This document shows positions 50,511 through 61,400 of a stretch of 64,000 nt of DNA, piece by piece. Made by a program: the position numbers and the translations under genes. The number at the start of each line of letters is the position of its first letter. Positions within the stretch are counted from its first letter, which is position 1. The notes beneath the pieces are model-generated. The model ran no database searches. It was not told where the DNA came from and worked only from the letters and a program-made list of their open reading frames with translations. Where the stretch lies: the NCBI GenBank assembly GCA_964247245.1, contig CAXTTK010000013.1, positions 17,905-81,904 of the forward strand, read 5' to 3'. The DNA comes from an uncultured Aestuariivirga sp. GTDB taxonomy: Bacteria; Pseudomonadota; Alphaproteobacteria; Rhizobiales; Aestuariivirgaceae.

Positions 50511-51905
50511 ATGACAACAACATCCATGGGTTCTGCCCCTCAAAAAATCTCCCTCAGCCGCGTGCTTGGGCCCATTCATGTTTGGGCACTGGGCGTTGGC
50601 ATCGTTCTCGTCGGTGAATTCGACGGTTGGAACTTTGCAGCTGATAAAGGTGGCGCACTTGCTGCTTTAATCGTGCTCTGGTTCTGCGGGTTGCTCTACA
50701 GCGCAGTGGCGATGATCGACTCCGAAGTCACATCGACAATCGCTGCCGCTGGCGGCCAATACGCGCAAGCTAAGCACATCGTGGGGCCATTGATGGCCTT
50801 TAACGTAGCGCTCTATATGGTGTTTGCCTACACGATGCTCGAAGTCTCAGACGCTATTCTGTTTGGTGACGCAATCGTTTCAAAGTCTGGTGCCGATAGC
50901 GGCATCAACCACAATTCTTTTGTTGCGGCCAGCATCATCATTTTGGCATTTCTCAACTATCGCGGCGTGTTGGCAAATTTGAATTTCAATTTTACAATCA
51001 CCGCAATCGCATTTCTATCAATCGTAATCCTGTTTTTCTCCGTCATGCCTTGGAGCCAAGGCACTGTTCTGAAATTGAATGAACTCGTAACCCCCGAAAA
51101 CGCTCTTCCCTATGGTTGGATCGGTGTCATCGCATCATTCCATTGGGGCATCTGGTATTTCCTCGGCATTGAAGGAACAACACAGGCCGCCGAAGAAGTG
51201 CGCTCTCCTGCCCGTGCATTGCCCTTGGGCACTATGGCAGGCATGGTCACCTTGCTCATTGCCGCGACCATGACATGGTATGTCTGCGCCAGCTTGCTGC
51301 CTTGGCAATTGCTTGGTTCAACTTACTTCCCACTCTGGGATGCAGGCCGCGCCACGCAAAGCCCGCTTCTCGAAAACATGATGTTCATCACAACCTTGCT
51401 GGCCGCCCTTGCCTCTGCCAATGGTTGTATCAATGACGCAGCACGCGCTTGGTTCTCACTCGGCCGTGATCGCTATCTGCCTTCATGGTTCTCTGCCGTG
51501 CATCCAAAATACCGCACACCATATCGGTCAATCATTTTTCTCACACCAATTGCTCTGGCCTTCGCCTTCGTGGCCGATCTTAATCAGGCCATAACATTCT
51601 CGATCCTGTCGGGCGTGTTGCAATATACCTTCATGAGCATAAACATCATGATGTTCCGCAAAAAGTGGCCATTGGGTTCAATCCAACGGGGTTACACCCA
51701 TCCGCTCCACCCCGTTCCGGCGATCATGCTGTTCCTCCTCTGCATGGTTACATTCTTTGCAATCTTTTTAGGTTATGGCGTGCAACTGACAGCGATGGTG
51801 GTATTTTACATCGTCGTTTCAGTGTGGTTCCATTTCTATCGCTATCAATATGTCCGCCGTGGCGCACAGTTCACCATGCCATGGCCAAAGCCGCGGGGGT
51901 ATTAG
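50511..51905 (+). CDS. APC-superfamily amino acid/ethanolamine-type permease
   Basis: Start trimmed to MTTTSMGSAP (GAGGG RBS). About 12 TM segments. Confidence 0.8.
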   Translation: MTTTSMGSAPQKISLSRVLGPIHVWALGVGIVLVGEFDGWNFAADKGGALAALIVLWFCGLLYSAVAMIDSEVTSTIAAAGGQYAQAKHIVGPLMAFNVALYMVFAYTMLEVSDAILFGDAIVSKSGADSGINHNSFVAASIIILAFLNYRGVLANLNFNFTITAIAFLSIVILFFSVMPWSQGTVLKLNELVTPENALPYGWIGVIASFHWGIWYFLGIEGTTQAAEEVRSPARALPLGTMAGMVTLLIAATMTWYVCASLLPWQLLGSTYFPLWDAGRATQSPLLENMMFITTLLAALASANGCINDAARAWFSLGRDRYLPSWFSAVHPKYRTPYRSIIFLTPIALAFAFVADLNQAITFSILSGVLQYTFMSINIMMFRKKWPLGSIQRGYTHPLHPVPAIMLFLLCMVTFFAIFLGYGVQLTAMVVFYIVVSVWFHFYRYQYVRRGAQFTMPWPKPRGY

Positions 51906-52000
51906 AGCGTTTTGACTTTTCGCAGAGAAGTCAAAATCGCCATTAGGGTCAGTACTTGATAAGTACTGAATATTTAAGAAGAAACGAAAACGAGACTTGT

Positions 52001-52029
52001 GGCCCGCTGCAAAGCGGGCCATTATTTTT
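52001..52029 (+). terminator. Rho-independent terminator
   Basis: GGCCCGC-TGCAAA-GCGGGCC followed by ATTATTTTT. Confidence 0.7.
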
Positions 52030-52031
52030 GA

Positions 52032-52712
52032 ATGACATTTATAAATTTCATATATGCAGCAGTTGCAGTCGTCGTCGCCTATTTCATAATCAAGCGCACA
52101 ATGGCAAAGGCCGAGCGACAGAGACAAATTCCAAATCAGCTCTTTGCAGAAGTCTCAAAACTTTTCGCTAACTTCGAAATCAAAGCCGGAGAGAGCTTAG
52201 GCAGCCACATTTTAAACGGCATTTATAAAGACCAGCAATTCGAAATCAAAACCATCACAGACACGTTGAACACGCGCAAATTGCCAAGCCTCTGGCTGAT
52301 GATCACTCTGAAATCTTCTATGCCCATCACCCACACATTGGACATGATGCTGCGCCCTGCTGGCCCCACAACTTTTTCGAACTTTGATTTCCTTCCAACA
52401 ATTTTGTCAACGCCTCCGGGTTTCCCAGAGCAAGCTGTTTTGCACAGCGAAGAAGACAGACCTCCATTTGATCTGAATTTGCTAAGGCCCCTTTTGATCT
52501 ACTTCAAAAACCCACGCGCCAAAGAATTTCTAGCTACACCAAATGGTCTGCGTCTCGTCACTCAGTTGAGAGAAGCTGAACGCGCCCGCTATCTCGTCGC
52601 CCGCGAAGCACGCTTTGAGAGCACAACGATAGATGCAAATGAAACGAGGCATGCACTTGAACTATTGCTTGCTTTGGAAAACGATCTGCAACAACGTCAT
52701 GCGCATGACTGA
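52032..52712 (+). CDS. Hypothetical N-terminally anchored protein
   Basis: 226-aa ORF with one N-terminal TM segment. The ATG lies only 3 nt after the terminator T-tract. Confidence 0.4.
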   Translation: MTFINFIYAAVAVVVAYFIIKRTMAKAERQRQIPNQLFAEVSKLFANFEIKAGESLGSHILNGIYKDQQFEIKTITDTLNTRKLPSLWLMITLKSSMPITHTLDMMLRPAGPTTFSNFDFLPTILSTPPGFPEQAVLHSEEDRPPFDLNLLRPLLIYFKNPRAKEFLATPNGLRLVTQLREAERARYLVAREARFESTTIDANETRHALELLLALENDLQQRHAHD

Positions 52713-52989
52713 AAAGCCGGCCATAAATCCTTATCTCGTCTTGCTCTCCAGCCTCATACTGCCGGGCTCCGGCCATGTCTGGCTGGGACTTGCACAACGC
52801 GGATTGATGTTTCTATTCTTCATCATCATCCTGGGCTGGGCCAGCTCTCACATAATGCCCGAAAATTTTAGCTTCATTGGCAGGCATATCGGCGGCATTT
52901 TCGTTTATGGCGTATCAGTAATAGATGCGTATAAAACAGCTCGTATTCGTTATGCAGAGTGGAACCATGAAAAAAATTCTTCTCGCTAG
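52705..52989 (+). CDS. Small membrane protein
   Basis: Start trimmed to MTEKPAINPY (ATGACTGA overlap with the upstream stop); 2-3 TM segments. Confidence 0.45.
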   Translation: MTEKPAINPYLVLLSSLILPGSGHVWLGLAQRGLMFLFFIIILGWASSHIMPENFSFIGRHIGGIFVYGVSVIDAYKTARIRYAEWNHEKNSSR

Positions 52990-53296
52990 CATTCTCGTGA
53001 TTTGCACGGCCCAAGCTGCCGAAACAAAACTCAGCGGTGCAGAAATGCAAACAATCCTGAACGATAAAATACTTTACGGTAACGATGCCGAACAAATTTT
53101 CCAAAAATCTGGCGTTACTTTCTATTCCACTGGCGGCAATCAAAGCCAAGGAAACTGGAAAATCGAAGACGAAAAATATTGTTCGCAATGGCCGCCAAAC
53201 CTAGCGTGGTCTTGCTATGACATAACGCAAGACGGCAACAAGATCACCTTCATCTCCAAAGACGGCAATCGCACCGAAATGTCGATAACGAAATAA
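52967..53296 (+). CDS. Small secreted protein
   Basis: Start trimmed to MKKILLASILVICTAQA (signal peptide). Two Cys (YCSQW...WSCY). Confidence 0.45.
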   Translation: MKKILLASILVICTAQAAETKLSGAEMQTILNDKILYGNDAEQIFQKSGVTFYSTGGNQSQGNWKIEDEKYCSQWPPNLAWSCYDITQDGNKITFISKDGNRTEMSITK

Positions 53297-53357
53297 TCTT
53301 TACAAGGCAATTCGTTACGCTAAACCTTCGCACACTTATATTGCAGGATTACGTATC

Positions 53358-54788
53358 ATGGTTGATGTTAAAGTTTATGCGAGATGGGCGGGCCCCATTG
53401 TGATGATTGGTTTTGGTTCAATTGGCCGGGGATCATTGCCATTAATCTTGCGTCACATCTCGTGTGATCGCAAACGCATCACGGTGATTGATCCATCCGA
53501 TGAATGGAAACACATTGTAGATTCAGAAAACATCGCCTTCAAAAAAATTGGGTTAACAAAAGCCAATCATAAAAAAATCCTTGAACCGCTTCTCAAATCG
53601 AGTTCCGGCCAGGCCTTGATTGTAAATCTTTCAGTTGATGTCGATAGCATATCGATTATGAAGGTAGCGCGTCAGGCCAAGGCGCTTTATATTGATACCG
53701 TTAACGAGCCTTGGCCCGGCTTTTATTACAACACAAAAGTCGATAATGCCTCGCGCACTAATTATGCACTCCGTGAAAAGCTGGTAGCAATCAAAAAAAA
53801 GATGGGCAAAGGTCCAACCGCTGTGTCCTGCTGTGGAGCCAATCCAGGCATGGTGTCTTGGTTTGTAAAACAAGCGCTTCTTAACTTAGCACGCGATCTT
53901 AAAGTAAAAGTTGAAGTACCCAAAAAGCGCGAAGATTGGGCGAAGTTGATGAAACGTCTGGGTGTCAAAGGGGTGCACATCGCCGAGCGCGATACGCAAC
54001 GTGGCCGCGACCCAAAGAAATTGGACACCTTCGTCAACACATGGTCAGTTGAGGGCTTCATTTCGGAAGGCAAACAACCCGCCGAACTTGGTTGGGGCAC
54101 ACATGAAAAGCTGATGCCGCCTCTGGGCCGCAAACACAAAACCGGCAGCAAATCGGCGATCTTCTTAGAGCGTGCCGGCGCCGCCACACGTGTTCGCACG
54201 TGGGTGCCGGAAATCGGCCCGCAACACGGTTTCTTGGTCACCCACAATGAAGCAATTTCGATTTCCGATTATTACACTGTTAAAAAAGATGGCAAAGCAA
54301 TTTACCGCCCGACATGTCACTATGCCTATCACCCGTGCAATGATGCGATCCTCTCAATTGCCGAAATGTTTGGCAATGGTGGCAAAATTCAATCCAAAAT
54401 ACACATCTTGGAACCCCATGAAATTGCTGACGGCAAAGATAAGCTGGGTGTGCTGCTTTATGGCCACAAGAAAAATGCCTATTGGTTTGGCTCGCAGCTT
54501 TCAATCGGCGAAGCCCGCCATCTAGCCCCTTATCAAAGCGCAACCGGCCTTCAAGTCTCATCTGCTGTTCTTGCTGGAATAGTCTGGGCGATTGAAAACC
54601 CAAACTCAGGTATCGTCGAAACCGATGAAATGGATTTCCGCCGCTGCCTAGATTTGCAGCTTCCTTATCTTGGCCCCGTGGGCGGCATGTACACCGATTG
54701 GAACCCGCTCAAAAACCGCGAAATGCTTTTTGAAGAGCCCATCGACAAAAAGGATCCTTGGCAATTCACCAATGTTTTGGTGCATTAA
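53358..54788 (+). CDS. hss: Homospermidine synthase
   Basis: 476 aa. The N-terminus GPIVMIGFGSIGRGSLPLI and overall size match bacterial HSS. Confidence 0.85.
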   Translation: MVDVKVYARWAGPIVMIGFGSIGRGSLPLILRHISCDRKRITVIDPSDEWKHIVDSENIAFKKIGLTKANHKKILEPLLKSSSGQALIVNLSVDVDSISIMKVARQAKALYIDTVNEPWPGFYYNTKVDNASRTNYALREKLVAIKKKMGKGPTAVSCCGANPGMVSWFVKQALLNLARDLKVKVEVPKKREDWAKLMKRLGVKGVHIAERDTQRGRDPKKLDTFVNTWSVEGFISEGKQPAELGWGTHEKLMPPLGRKHKTGSKSAIFLERAGAATRVRTWVPEIGPQHGFLVTHNEAISISDYYTVKKDGKAIYRPTCHYAYHPCNDAILSIAEMFGNGGKIQSKIHILEPHEIADGKDKLGVLLYGHKKNAYWFGSQLSIGEARHLAPYQSATGLQVSSAVLAGIVWAIENPNSGIVETDEMDFRRCLDLQLPYLGPVGGMYTDWNPLKNREMLFEEPIDKKDPWQFTNVLVH

Positions 54789-54808
54789 TTTTGGAGTATA
54801 GTGCGCTC

Positions 54809-56587
54809 ATGAAAAAGATTCGCAAACCTCTCCTCGTTCTGGCTTTCTCAAGCCTTATCGCAATCTCGGCCCATGCCGCACCAAAGCACGGCATGGCCAT
54901 GCTGGGCGAGCCTGCCCTTCCGCCTGATTTCAAAAACCTACCCTATGCCAATCCAGATGCGCCAAAAGGCGGCATTCTGAAACAGGCGGTGACAGGAACA
55001 TTCGACAGCATCAACCCGTTCATCATCAAAGGCAATGCGGTGACGGGCCCAAGAACTTTTGTGTTCGAAAGTATGATGGGCCGCAATGGCGCTGAAGCAT
55101 TTACCGAATATGGTTTATTGGCCGAAAGCATAGATGTGACTGATGATCGCCAAACTTTCACTTTCAAAATCCGTCCCGAAGCAAAGTTTTCTGACGGTTC
55201 CCCCGTTACTGCTTCCGACATTCAGTTCTCGCTCGAAACCCTGCGCGACCATGGTCGTCCAAACTTTAAAAATAATTTTTCAAAAATTACCAAGATGGAG
55301 TTAATTGATGATCACACCATCACCTTCCATCAAGACAAGGGCGACCGCGAATTACCAATGATCATTGGGCTAATGCCAATCCTTTCGAAAAAATCATGGG
55401 ATGGCAAAAATTTTGAAGACACCACAATAGCTCCAATCCTTGGTTCGGGGCCATATACATTTGGCGAAATCAAACCGGGCGAAATGGTCTCTTACAAAAA
55501 GAACCCTGATTATTGGGGTAAAAATTTAGCCTTTAATAAAGGCCTTTGGAATTTCGACCAATTCCGATTTGACTACTACCGCGATGCCAACGCCGCATTT
55601 GAAGCGTTCAAAAAAGGCGATGCCGATGTGCGCGGAGAATCTGATCCCACCCGCTGGACAACGGGCTATAAATTTCCAGCCGTCGGCGAAGGCAAAGTGC
55701 TGCTTGAAACTTATGAAGCCAAAACTCCAGCACCCGCTTCAGGATTTGTATTCAACACCCGCCGCAAAATATTTGAAGACGTAAAAGTGCGCGAAGCATT
55801 GACCATGGCCTTTGATTTCGAATGGGCCAATGCCAATTTATTCAGCGGCTCTTATAAGCGCATCTATGGTTATTTTTCAGGTTCTGAACTTTCATCATTG
55901 GGTAAGCCCGCCGATGCTGTCGAGCAAAGTATAATCGGCAGCGGCCTTCGCGCCGACATCATGGACGGCAGTTACAAGCTTCCCTTTTCAGACGGCTCGG
56001 GCCGCGATAGAAAAATGCTCAGAAAGGCGGTCGACCTTTTGGGTGAAGCTGGCTGGAAAGTTAGTGATCAAGGCTTGATGAATGCCGCAGGTGAGCAGTT
56101 TGCGTTCACCATCACAATCCAGAATCCCGATCAAGAAAAAATCGCGCTTCACTATCAACGTACACTTCAACAGATCGGCATCAAAGTCGAATTGCGCACC
56201 ATCGACGACGCCCAATTCACGGCCATCAAGAAAAACTATGACTATGATATGATCCCTTGGACCTATTACAATTCATTGTCGCCTGGAAACGAGCAAGATT
56301 TGTATTTTGGTTCCGCGGGCAAAACCACTGAAGGCACGCGCAACTATGCAGGCATTGCCGATCCGAAGGTTGACGCCGCTATTCAAGCGATGCTGAAATC
56401 AAAAAACCGAGAAGAATTTGTATCGGCCATTCACGCCGAAGATCGCCTTTTGGTTTCGGGCTTCTACATGGTTCCTTTTTATGTGGCACCGCAATGGGTG
56501 GCTCGCTGGTCTTATATCGGCGGCAATCCGCCCGACAAGCAACCCGTCACAGGTTTTGAATCGGTAACGCTATGGCACAATCCATGA
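54809..56587 (+). CDS. ABC transporter substrate-binding protein, family 5 (YejA-like)
   Basis: Start trimmed to MKKIRKPLLVLAFSSLIAISAHA. About 590 aa. No adjacent permease or ATPase genes. Confidence 0.8.
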   Translation: MKKIRKPLLVLAFSSLIAISAHAAPKHGMAMLGEPALPPDFKNLPYANPDAPKGGILKQAVTGTFDSINPFIIKGNAVTGPRTFVFESMMGRNGAEAFTEYGLLAESIDVTDDRQTFTFKIRPEAKFSDGSPVTASDIQFSLETLRDHGRPNFKNNFSKITKMELIDDHTITFHQDKGDRELPMIIGLMPILSKKSWDGKNFEDTTIAPILGSGPYTFGEIKPGEMVSYKKNPDYWGKNLAFNKGLWNFDQFRFDYYRDANAAFEAFKKGDADVRGESDPTRWTTGYKFPAVGEGKVLLETYEAKTPAPASGFVFNTRRKIFEDVKVREALTMAFDFEWANANLFSGSYKRIYGYFSGSELSSLGKPADAVEQSIIGSGLRADIMDGSYKLPFSDGSGRDRKMLRKAVDLLGEAGWKVSDQGLMNAAGEQFAFTITIQNPDQEKIALHYQRTLQQIGIKVELRTIDDAQFTAIKKNYDYDMIPWTYYNSLSPGNEQDLYFGSAGKTTEGTRNYAGIADPKVDAAIQAMLKSKNREEFVSAIHAEDRLLVSGFYMVPFYVAPQWVARWSYIGGNPPDKQPVTGFESVTLWHNP

Positions 56588-57213
56588 TCAGTATTGATGT
56601 TGTCTCCGATGTGATCTGCCCTTGGTGTTTTCTAGGTAAACGACGCTTGGATAATGCCTTGTCGCTGATTCCAGAGATCAAAGCTGAAATCAACTTCCGC
56701 CCCTTCTTTCTTGATCCCACAATTCCGTCGGAGGGTCTCGACCGTCACGCATATATGGCCGCAAAATTTGGCGAAGAACGCTTGAAGACGATCCACGACC
56801 CGCTGATCAAAGCGGGCAAGGAAGATGGCGTTCCCTATCATTTCGACAAAATCACACGAACGTCAAACACCATGGGCGCCCACAGATTGCTGCGTTGGGC
56901 CAAGATTGAAGGCAAACAAACAGAAATCGCCGAAGCTCTGTTCATGGCCTATTGGAGCGAGGGCCGCGATGTGGGCGACCATAAAGTACTTGCAGACATA
57001 GCAGCCGCGCAAGGAATGAACCGCGAAGGCGTTTTGAAAGCGTTAGCATCTGACCAAGACAAAGCCGAAGTCCTAGCTGAAACTGCGCAAGCCCAACAAA
57101 TGGGCGTGACGGGAGTTCCAACTTACATCATCAACCGCAAATATGGCGTGGTCGGCGCGCAAAGTGCGGAGTTGTTGGCTGAGCAGATAAAGAAAGCCGC
57201 AGCGGAAGTTTAA
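56572..57213 (+). CDS. DsbA-family (FrnE-like) thiol oxidoreductase
   Basis: CPWC active site near the N-terminus. The start may be the ATG at 56584. Confidence 0.8.
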   Translation: MAQSMISIDVVSDVICPWCFLGKRRLDNALSLIPEIKAEINFRPFFLDPTIPSEGLDRHAYMAAKFGEERLKTIHDPLIKAGKEDGVPYHFDKITRTSNTMGAHRLLRWAKIEGKQTEIAEALFMAYWSEGRDVGDHKVLADIAAAQGMNREGVLKALASDQDKAEVLAETAQAQQMGVTGVPTYIINRKYGVVGAQSAELLAEQIKKAAAEV

Positions 57214-57214
57214 T

Positions 57215-57688
57215 TTACTTCCCCAAACAGACCGCTTTGCCAGTTAACTTATAATTTGCCTCAAAACTGGGGATGCTGCCTTCTCGGCCGGAGAGGTCCA
57301 TGTCATCATTGCCCAAACCTAAATACAGATAGCTTGGCGCACCATCTGGTTTAGCAAATCCGATAGTCAATTTTTTCTTCTCACTGCCCCAGCGACCATG
57401 ACCCGTGATCTCATCATTATTAGCATGCACTGTGAGGAAGCGAAATAATGTGTCACCGCATTTTCCAGCATCACTTACACCAATGCCACAGAAATCATTG
57501 CCGCATGGTGCTACGTCAAAGGTTTTGTAAAGTTTTCCCTTGGTGGAATAAACCGGCTTGTCATCAGATACTGTCCAACGACCAAAATAATGCGAGTCCG
57601 CGGCCTGCGCCATGCTAATGCCGCCAAGACCCACTAGGATGAAACTTAACCCTGCGCTAAGATAACGAAGATGAAATTTGTTTTGCAT
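57215..57688 (-). CDS. Secreted hypothetical protein
   Basis: Start trimmed to MQNKFHLRYL (GGAGA RBS). Signal peptide ending AQA; four Cys. Confidence 0.45.
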   Translation of the reverse strand: MQNKFHLRYLSAGLSFILVGLGGISMAQAADSHYFGRWTVSDDKPVYSTKGKLYKTFDVAPCGNDFCGIGVSDAGKCGDTLFRFLTVHANNDEITGHGRWGSEKKKLTIGFAKPDGAPSYLYLGLGNDDMDLSGREGSIPSFEANYKLTGKAVCLGK

Positions 57689-57699
57689 GTGGTTCTCCA

Positions 57700-58341
57700 A
57701 TGAAAGCAACTTCGCCAGCAAATGTGGCGATTTATCGATGGCCCCTTGTGCTTATCATAACAATCATAATGCTGTTTGTCACCTACACTGCAATCCGCGC
57801 AATTTCTGAGGCCTATTTTAGTGACGGATTTCCAGAAGCATTGGCGGTTAAAGTTGAGCTGCTGCCATTGATTTTCCCCATCCATATGGTGGCGGGTGGC
57901 CTTTCGCTGTTGTTGGTACCCGTAACAATCTATTTACGCGGTACTAAACTTCACAAAATTTTTGGAAGAATAGCGGCAGCCGACATTTTGGTCGCTGGAT
58001 TGACAGCACCGTTTGTTGCTTGGGCCGTTCCGGTGACGATTATCTCCGCAGCCGGCTTTACAGCACAGTCGATCACTTGGATGGGATTGTTGATCGCTGG
58101 CATTTGGAACATTCGCAATGGCCGCGTGAAGGCTCATCAAACGTGTATGCTGCTGATGGCAGCGGTAACTTCGGGAGCGCTGTTTTTTCGAATCTTTCTC
58201 GCGTTCTGGGCACACTTTGGCGATCACCACTATTTCAATGATTTTTATGCGCTCAATGCATGGATAGCGTGGAGCATTCCTCTGGTTGCTGTTCTCGTCT
58301 TCCACCGCTTGCGGGGGAAGAAAGGGGCCCATGAGCTTTAG
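57700..58341 (+). CDS. DUF2306-like membrane protein
   Basis: 213 aa with about 6 TM segments. Confidence 0.5.
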   Translation: MKATSPANVAIYRWPLVLIITIIMLFVTYTAIRAISEAYFSDGFPEALAVKVELLPLIFPIHMVAGGLSLLLVPVTIYLRGTKLHKIFGRIAAADILVAGLTAPFVAWAVPVTIISAAGFTAQSITWMGLLIAGIWNIRNGRVKAHQTCMLLMAAVTSGALFFRIFLAFWAHFGDHHYFNDFYALNAWIAWSIPLVAVLVFHRLRGKKGAHEL

Positions 58342-58441
58342 CGAAATGGTATAGATGAGGGCCTTTTTCACAAACTCAGCCCCTCACCTACCCCAATGCT
58401 TCGCATTGGGTCCCCTTCCTCTCCCGCTTTGCGGAAGAGGA

Positions 58442-61400
58442 CTAAGAAGCCAGCTTCACCAAATTCTGCATCAACAGCCGCGTGCCCTTTAAACGTTGTG
58501 CTGCCTGTGGCCAATCGCGTGTCAGCACCAATTTCATATCAGGCCGTAACTTGGCCAAGGTTCCCTGCCCGGCAATCCACTGCACTAAAGCAGTTGGATT
58601 TTCGAAAATCCCGTTGCGGAATTCAATTGTCACACCCTTTGGCCCAGCATCCACCTTGGCCACATTGGCTTTGCGGCACAAAAGTTTAATTGAAACAATG
58701 TCCAGCAAATGATCAACCTCTTCCGGCTTGCGACCGAAACGGTCATGAAGTTCAGCCGCAAAGCCATCAAGGTCGGATTGTTCTTGGACGTCAGATAAAC
58801 GGCGATAGAGGCCGAGGCGAGCTTGCAAATCGGTAACGTAGGTTTCTGGAATGAGAACTGACGTACCAATATTGATTGAAGGCGACCAAGCACCATCGTC
58901 AGCCAATTCCTCACCGCCTGAGCGCATAGAAGCAACCGCATCTTCTAACATCGATTGATAAAGCTCAAAGCCCACCTCCCGAATATTGCCGTGTTGTTCC
59001 TCACCCAACAAATTGCCAGAGCCGCGAATATCTAAATCATGACTCGCAAGATTAAAGCCAGCGCCCAATGAATCCAGCGATTGCAAAACCTTTAAGCGCC
59101 GCTCGGCATCGGGCGTCATCTTCTTGTTGGGTTGGGTGGTTAGCAAAGCATAGGCGCGTTGTTTTGACCGCCCCACACGACCACGCAATTGATAAAGCTG
59201 GGCAAGGCCAAACATATCTGCGCGGTGAATGATCATGGTGTTGGCGGTTGAAATATCGAGCCCCGATTCAACGATTGTTGTAGATAGCAGCACATCAAAC
59301 TTGCGGTCGTAAAAACCAGTCATGATGTCTTCAAGCTCGGTCGGCGACATGCGGCCATGGGCGGTGCGGAATTTGATTTCCGGAATGGCTTCGCGCAGGA
59401 ATTCGGCAATCTCATCAAGATCGGTGATGCGTGGCACAACATAGAAACTCTGCCCACCACGGAAATGTTCGCGCAACAAATGTTCGCGGATTGTGACGGG
59501 ATCAAAGGGTGAGATGTAAGTGCGCACGGCAAGACGATCAAGCGGCGGGGTGGTGATAAGTGACATTTCACGCACACCAGAAAGTGCCAGCTGCAAGGTG
59601 CGTGGGATTGGCGTTGCCGTGAGTGTTAACACATGCACATTTGCGCGCATTTGCTTAAGGCGCTCTTTGTGTTTCACACCGAAATGTTGTTCTTCATCGA
59701 CAATCATCAAGCCAAGATCACGGAATTTCACACTGTCAGCTAGTAGTGCGTGGGTGCCGATGACGATATTAACCGAGCCATCTTCCATACCTGCTTTGAC
59801 GAGTTTGATTTCCTTTGCCCCAACCAGACGCGAGGCTTGCGCGATGCGAAGGGGTAACCCTTTGAAGCGTTCAACAAAGTTCTTATAGTGTTGTCGCGAA
59901 AGCAATGTTGTGGGCACAACAATGGCCACTTGCTTTCCAGCATAAGCCGCCACGAAAGCGGCGCGCATAGCCACTTCGGTTTTGCCGAACCCCACATCGC
60001 CGCAAACCAGACGGTCCATCGGGCGGCCCTTCTGCAAATCTTCAAGCACAGCTTCAATAGCAGATAACTGGTCTTCGGTTTCCTCATAAGGAAAGCGCGC
60101 GCAGAATTCATCAAACGCACCCTCTGGTACGTTAAAGACATCACCAGGTTTCAACTCACGCGCTGCTGCCGTTTTAATCAAATCACCAGCTATTTCACGG
60201 ATGCGCTGTTTAAGTTTCGCCTTCTTGGCTTGCCACGCACCACCGCCCAGGCGATCAAGCTGAACATTCTCAGCATCAGAACCATAACGCGACAGGAGTT
60301 CTAAATTTTCGACAGGTAAAAACAATCGGGTATTTTCGGCATAAATTAACAGCAAACAATCATGCGGCGCACCTTGCACTTCGATGGTGCGAAGGCCTTC
60401 GAAGCGTCCAATGCCGTGATCAACGTGAACCATCAAGTCACCGGGCGAAAGCGATGACAACTCGGATAGAAAATCGGCTGCCTTCTTTGCCTTGCGGGCG
60501 CGGCGTACCAGACGGTCGCCCAGAATATCTTGTTCCGAGATGACCGCCTGCTCGGGTGTTTCGAAGCCCTGTTCCAATGGCAATACGATGAGCGAGACAA
60601 TGCCAACTTCATGTTTCGTAGCTTCGGCCCAATTTTTGGCGATCACCAATGGTGCCAAACCATGATCATGCAGAATGGTTGAAAGGCGCTCCGCTGAACC
60701 ATCGCTCCAGCAACTGATCAATGTGCGTTTGTTGGCTTTGCGCAATTGCTCGGTATGCTGACGAACGGCATCATATACATTGCCGCCCGCCTCTGCCCGT
60801 TCTGCAGCAAAGCTGCGGCCTTGTTTGCCGGAAAACGAAACCGCATCGCGCGATGGATTTTCGAAAGGTGAGATTTCGAGAATGGTACGATCTGCACAAA
60901 GCTGGTTCCATTCAGTTTCAGAAAGGTAAAGGCGTTCGGGCTTTAACGGCTTATAAGGTGCTGCACCAAAACTTTGTTTGCCCATGGCTTCACGACGCGC
61001 ATCGTAAAACTCTTCCACTTGATCATGCCGCGCCGCCATCGATTCCGTATTCGATTGCGATAACGACCAAACGGCATCAGGCACATAGTCAAATAAGGTG
61101 GCCAGTTCGCTGTGGAACAATGGCAACCAATGTTCCATGCCTTGATATATGCGGGCGTTGGTGATTGACTCGTATAGCGGATCATTCAAATCAATACCGC
61201 CCAAAGCTTCGGCATATGCCGTGCGGAAAGTTGCAATCGAGTTTTTGTTGAGCAGTACTTCATTTGCTGGATGAAGCGTCAGCGATTTAAGTTGCGCGGT
61301 TGATCTTTGCGACTGTGCATCAAACTGGCGAATACTTTCTAACGTGTCGCCAAAAAAATCGAGGCGTACAGGTTGTTCAGCACCGGGTGGAAATATATCG

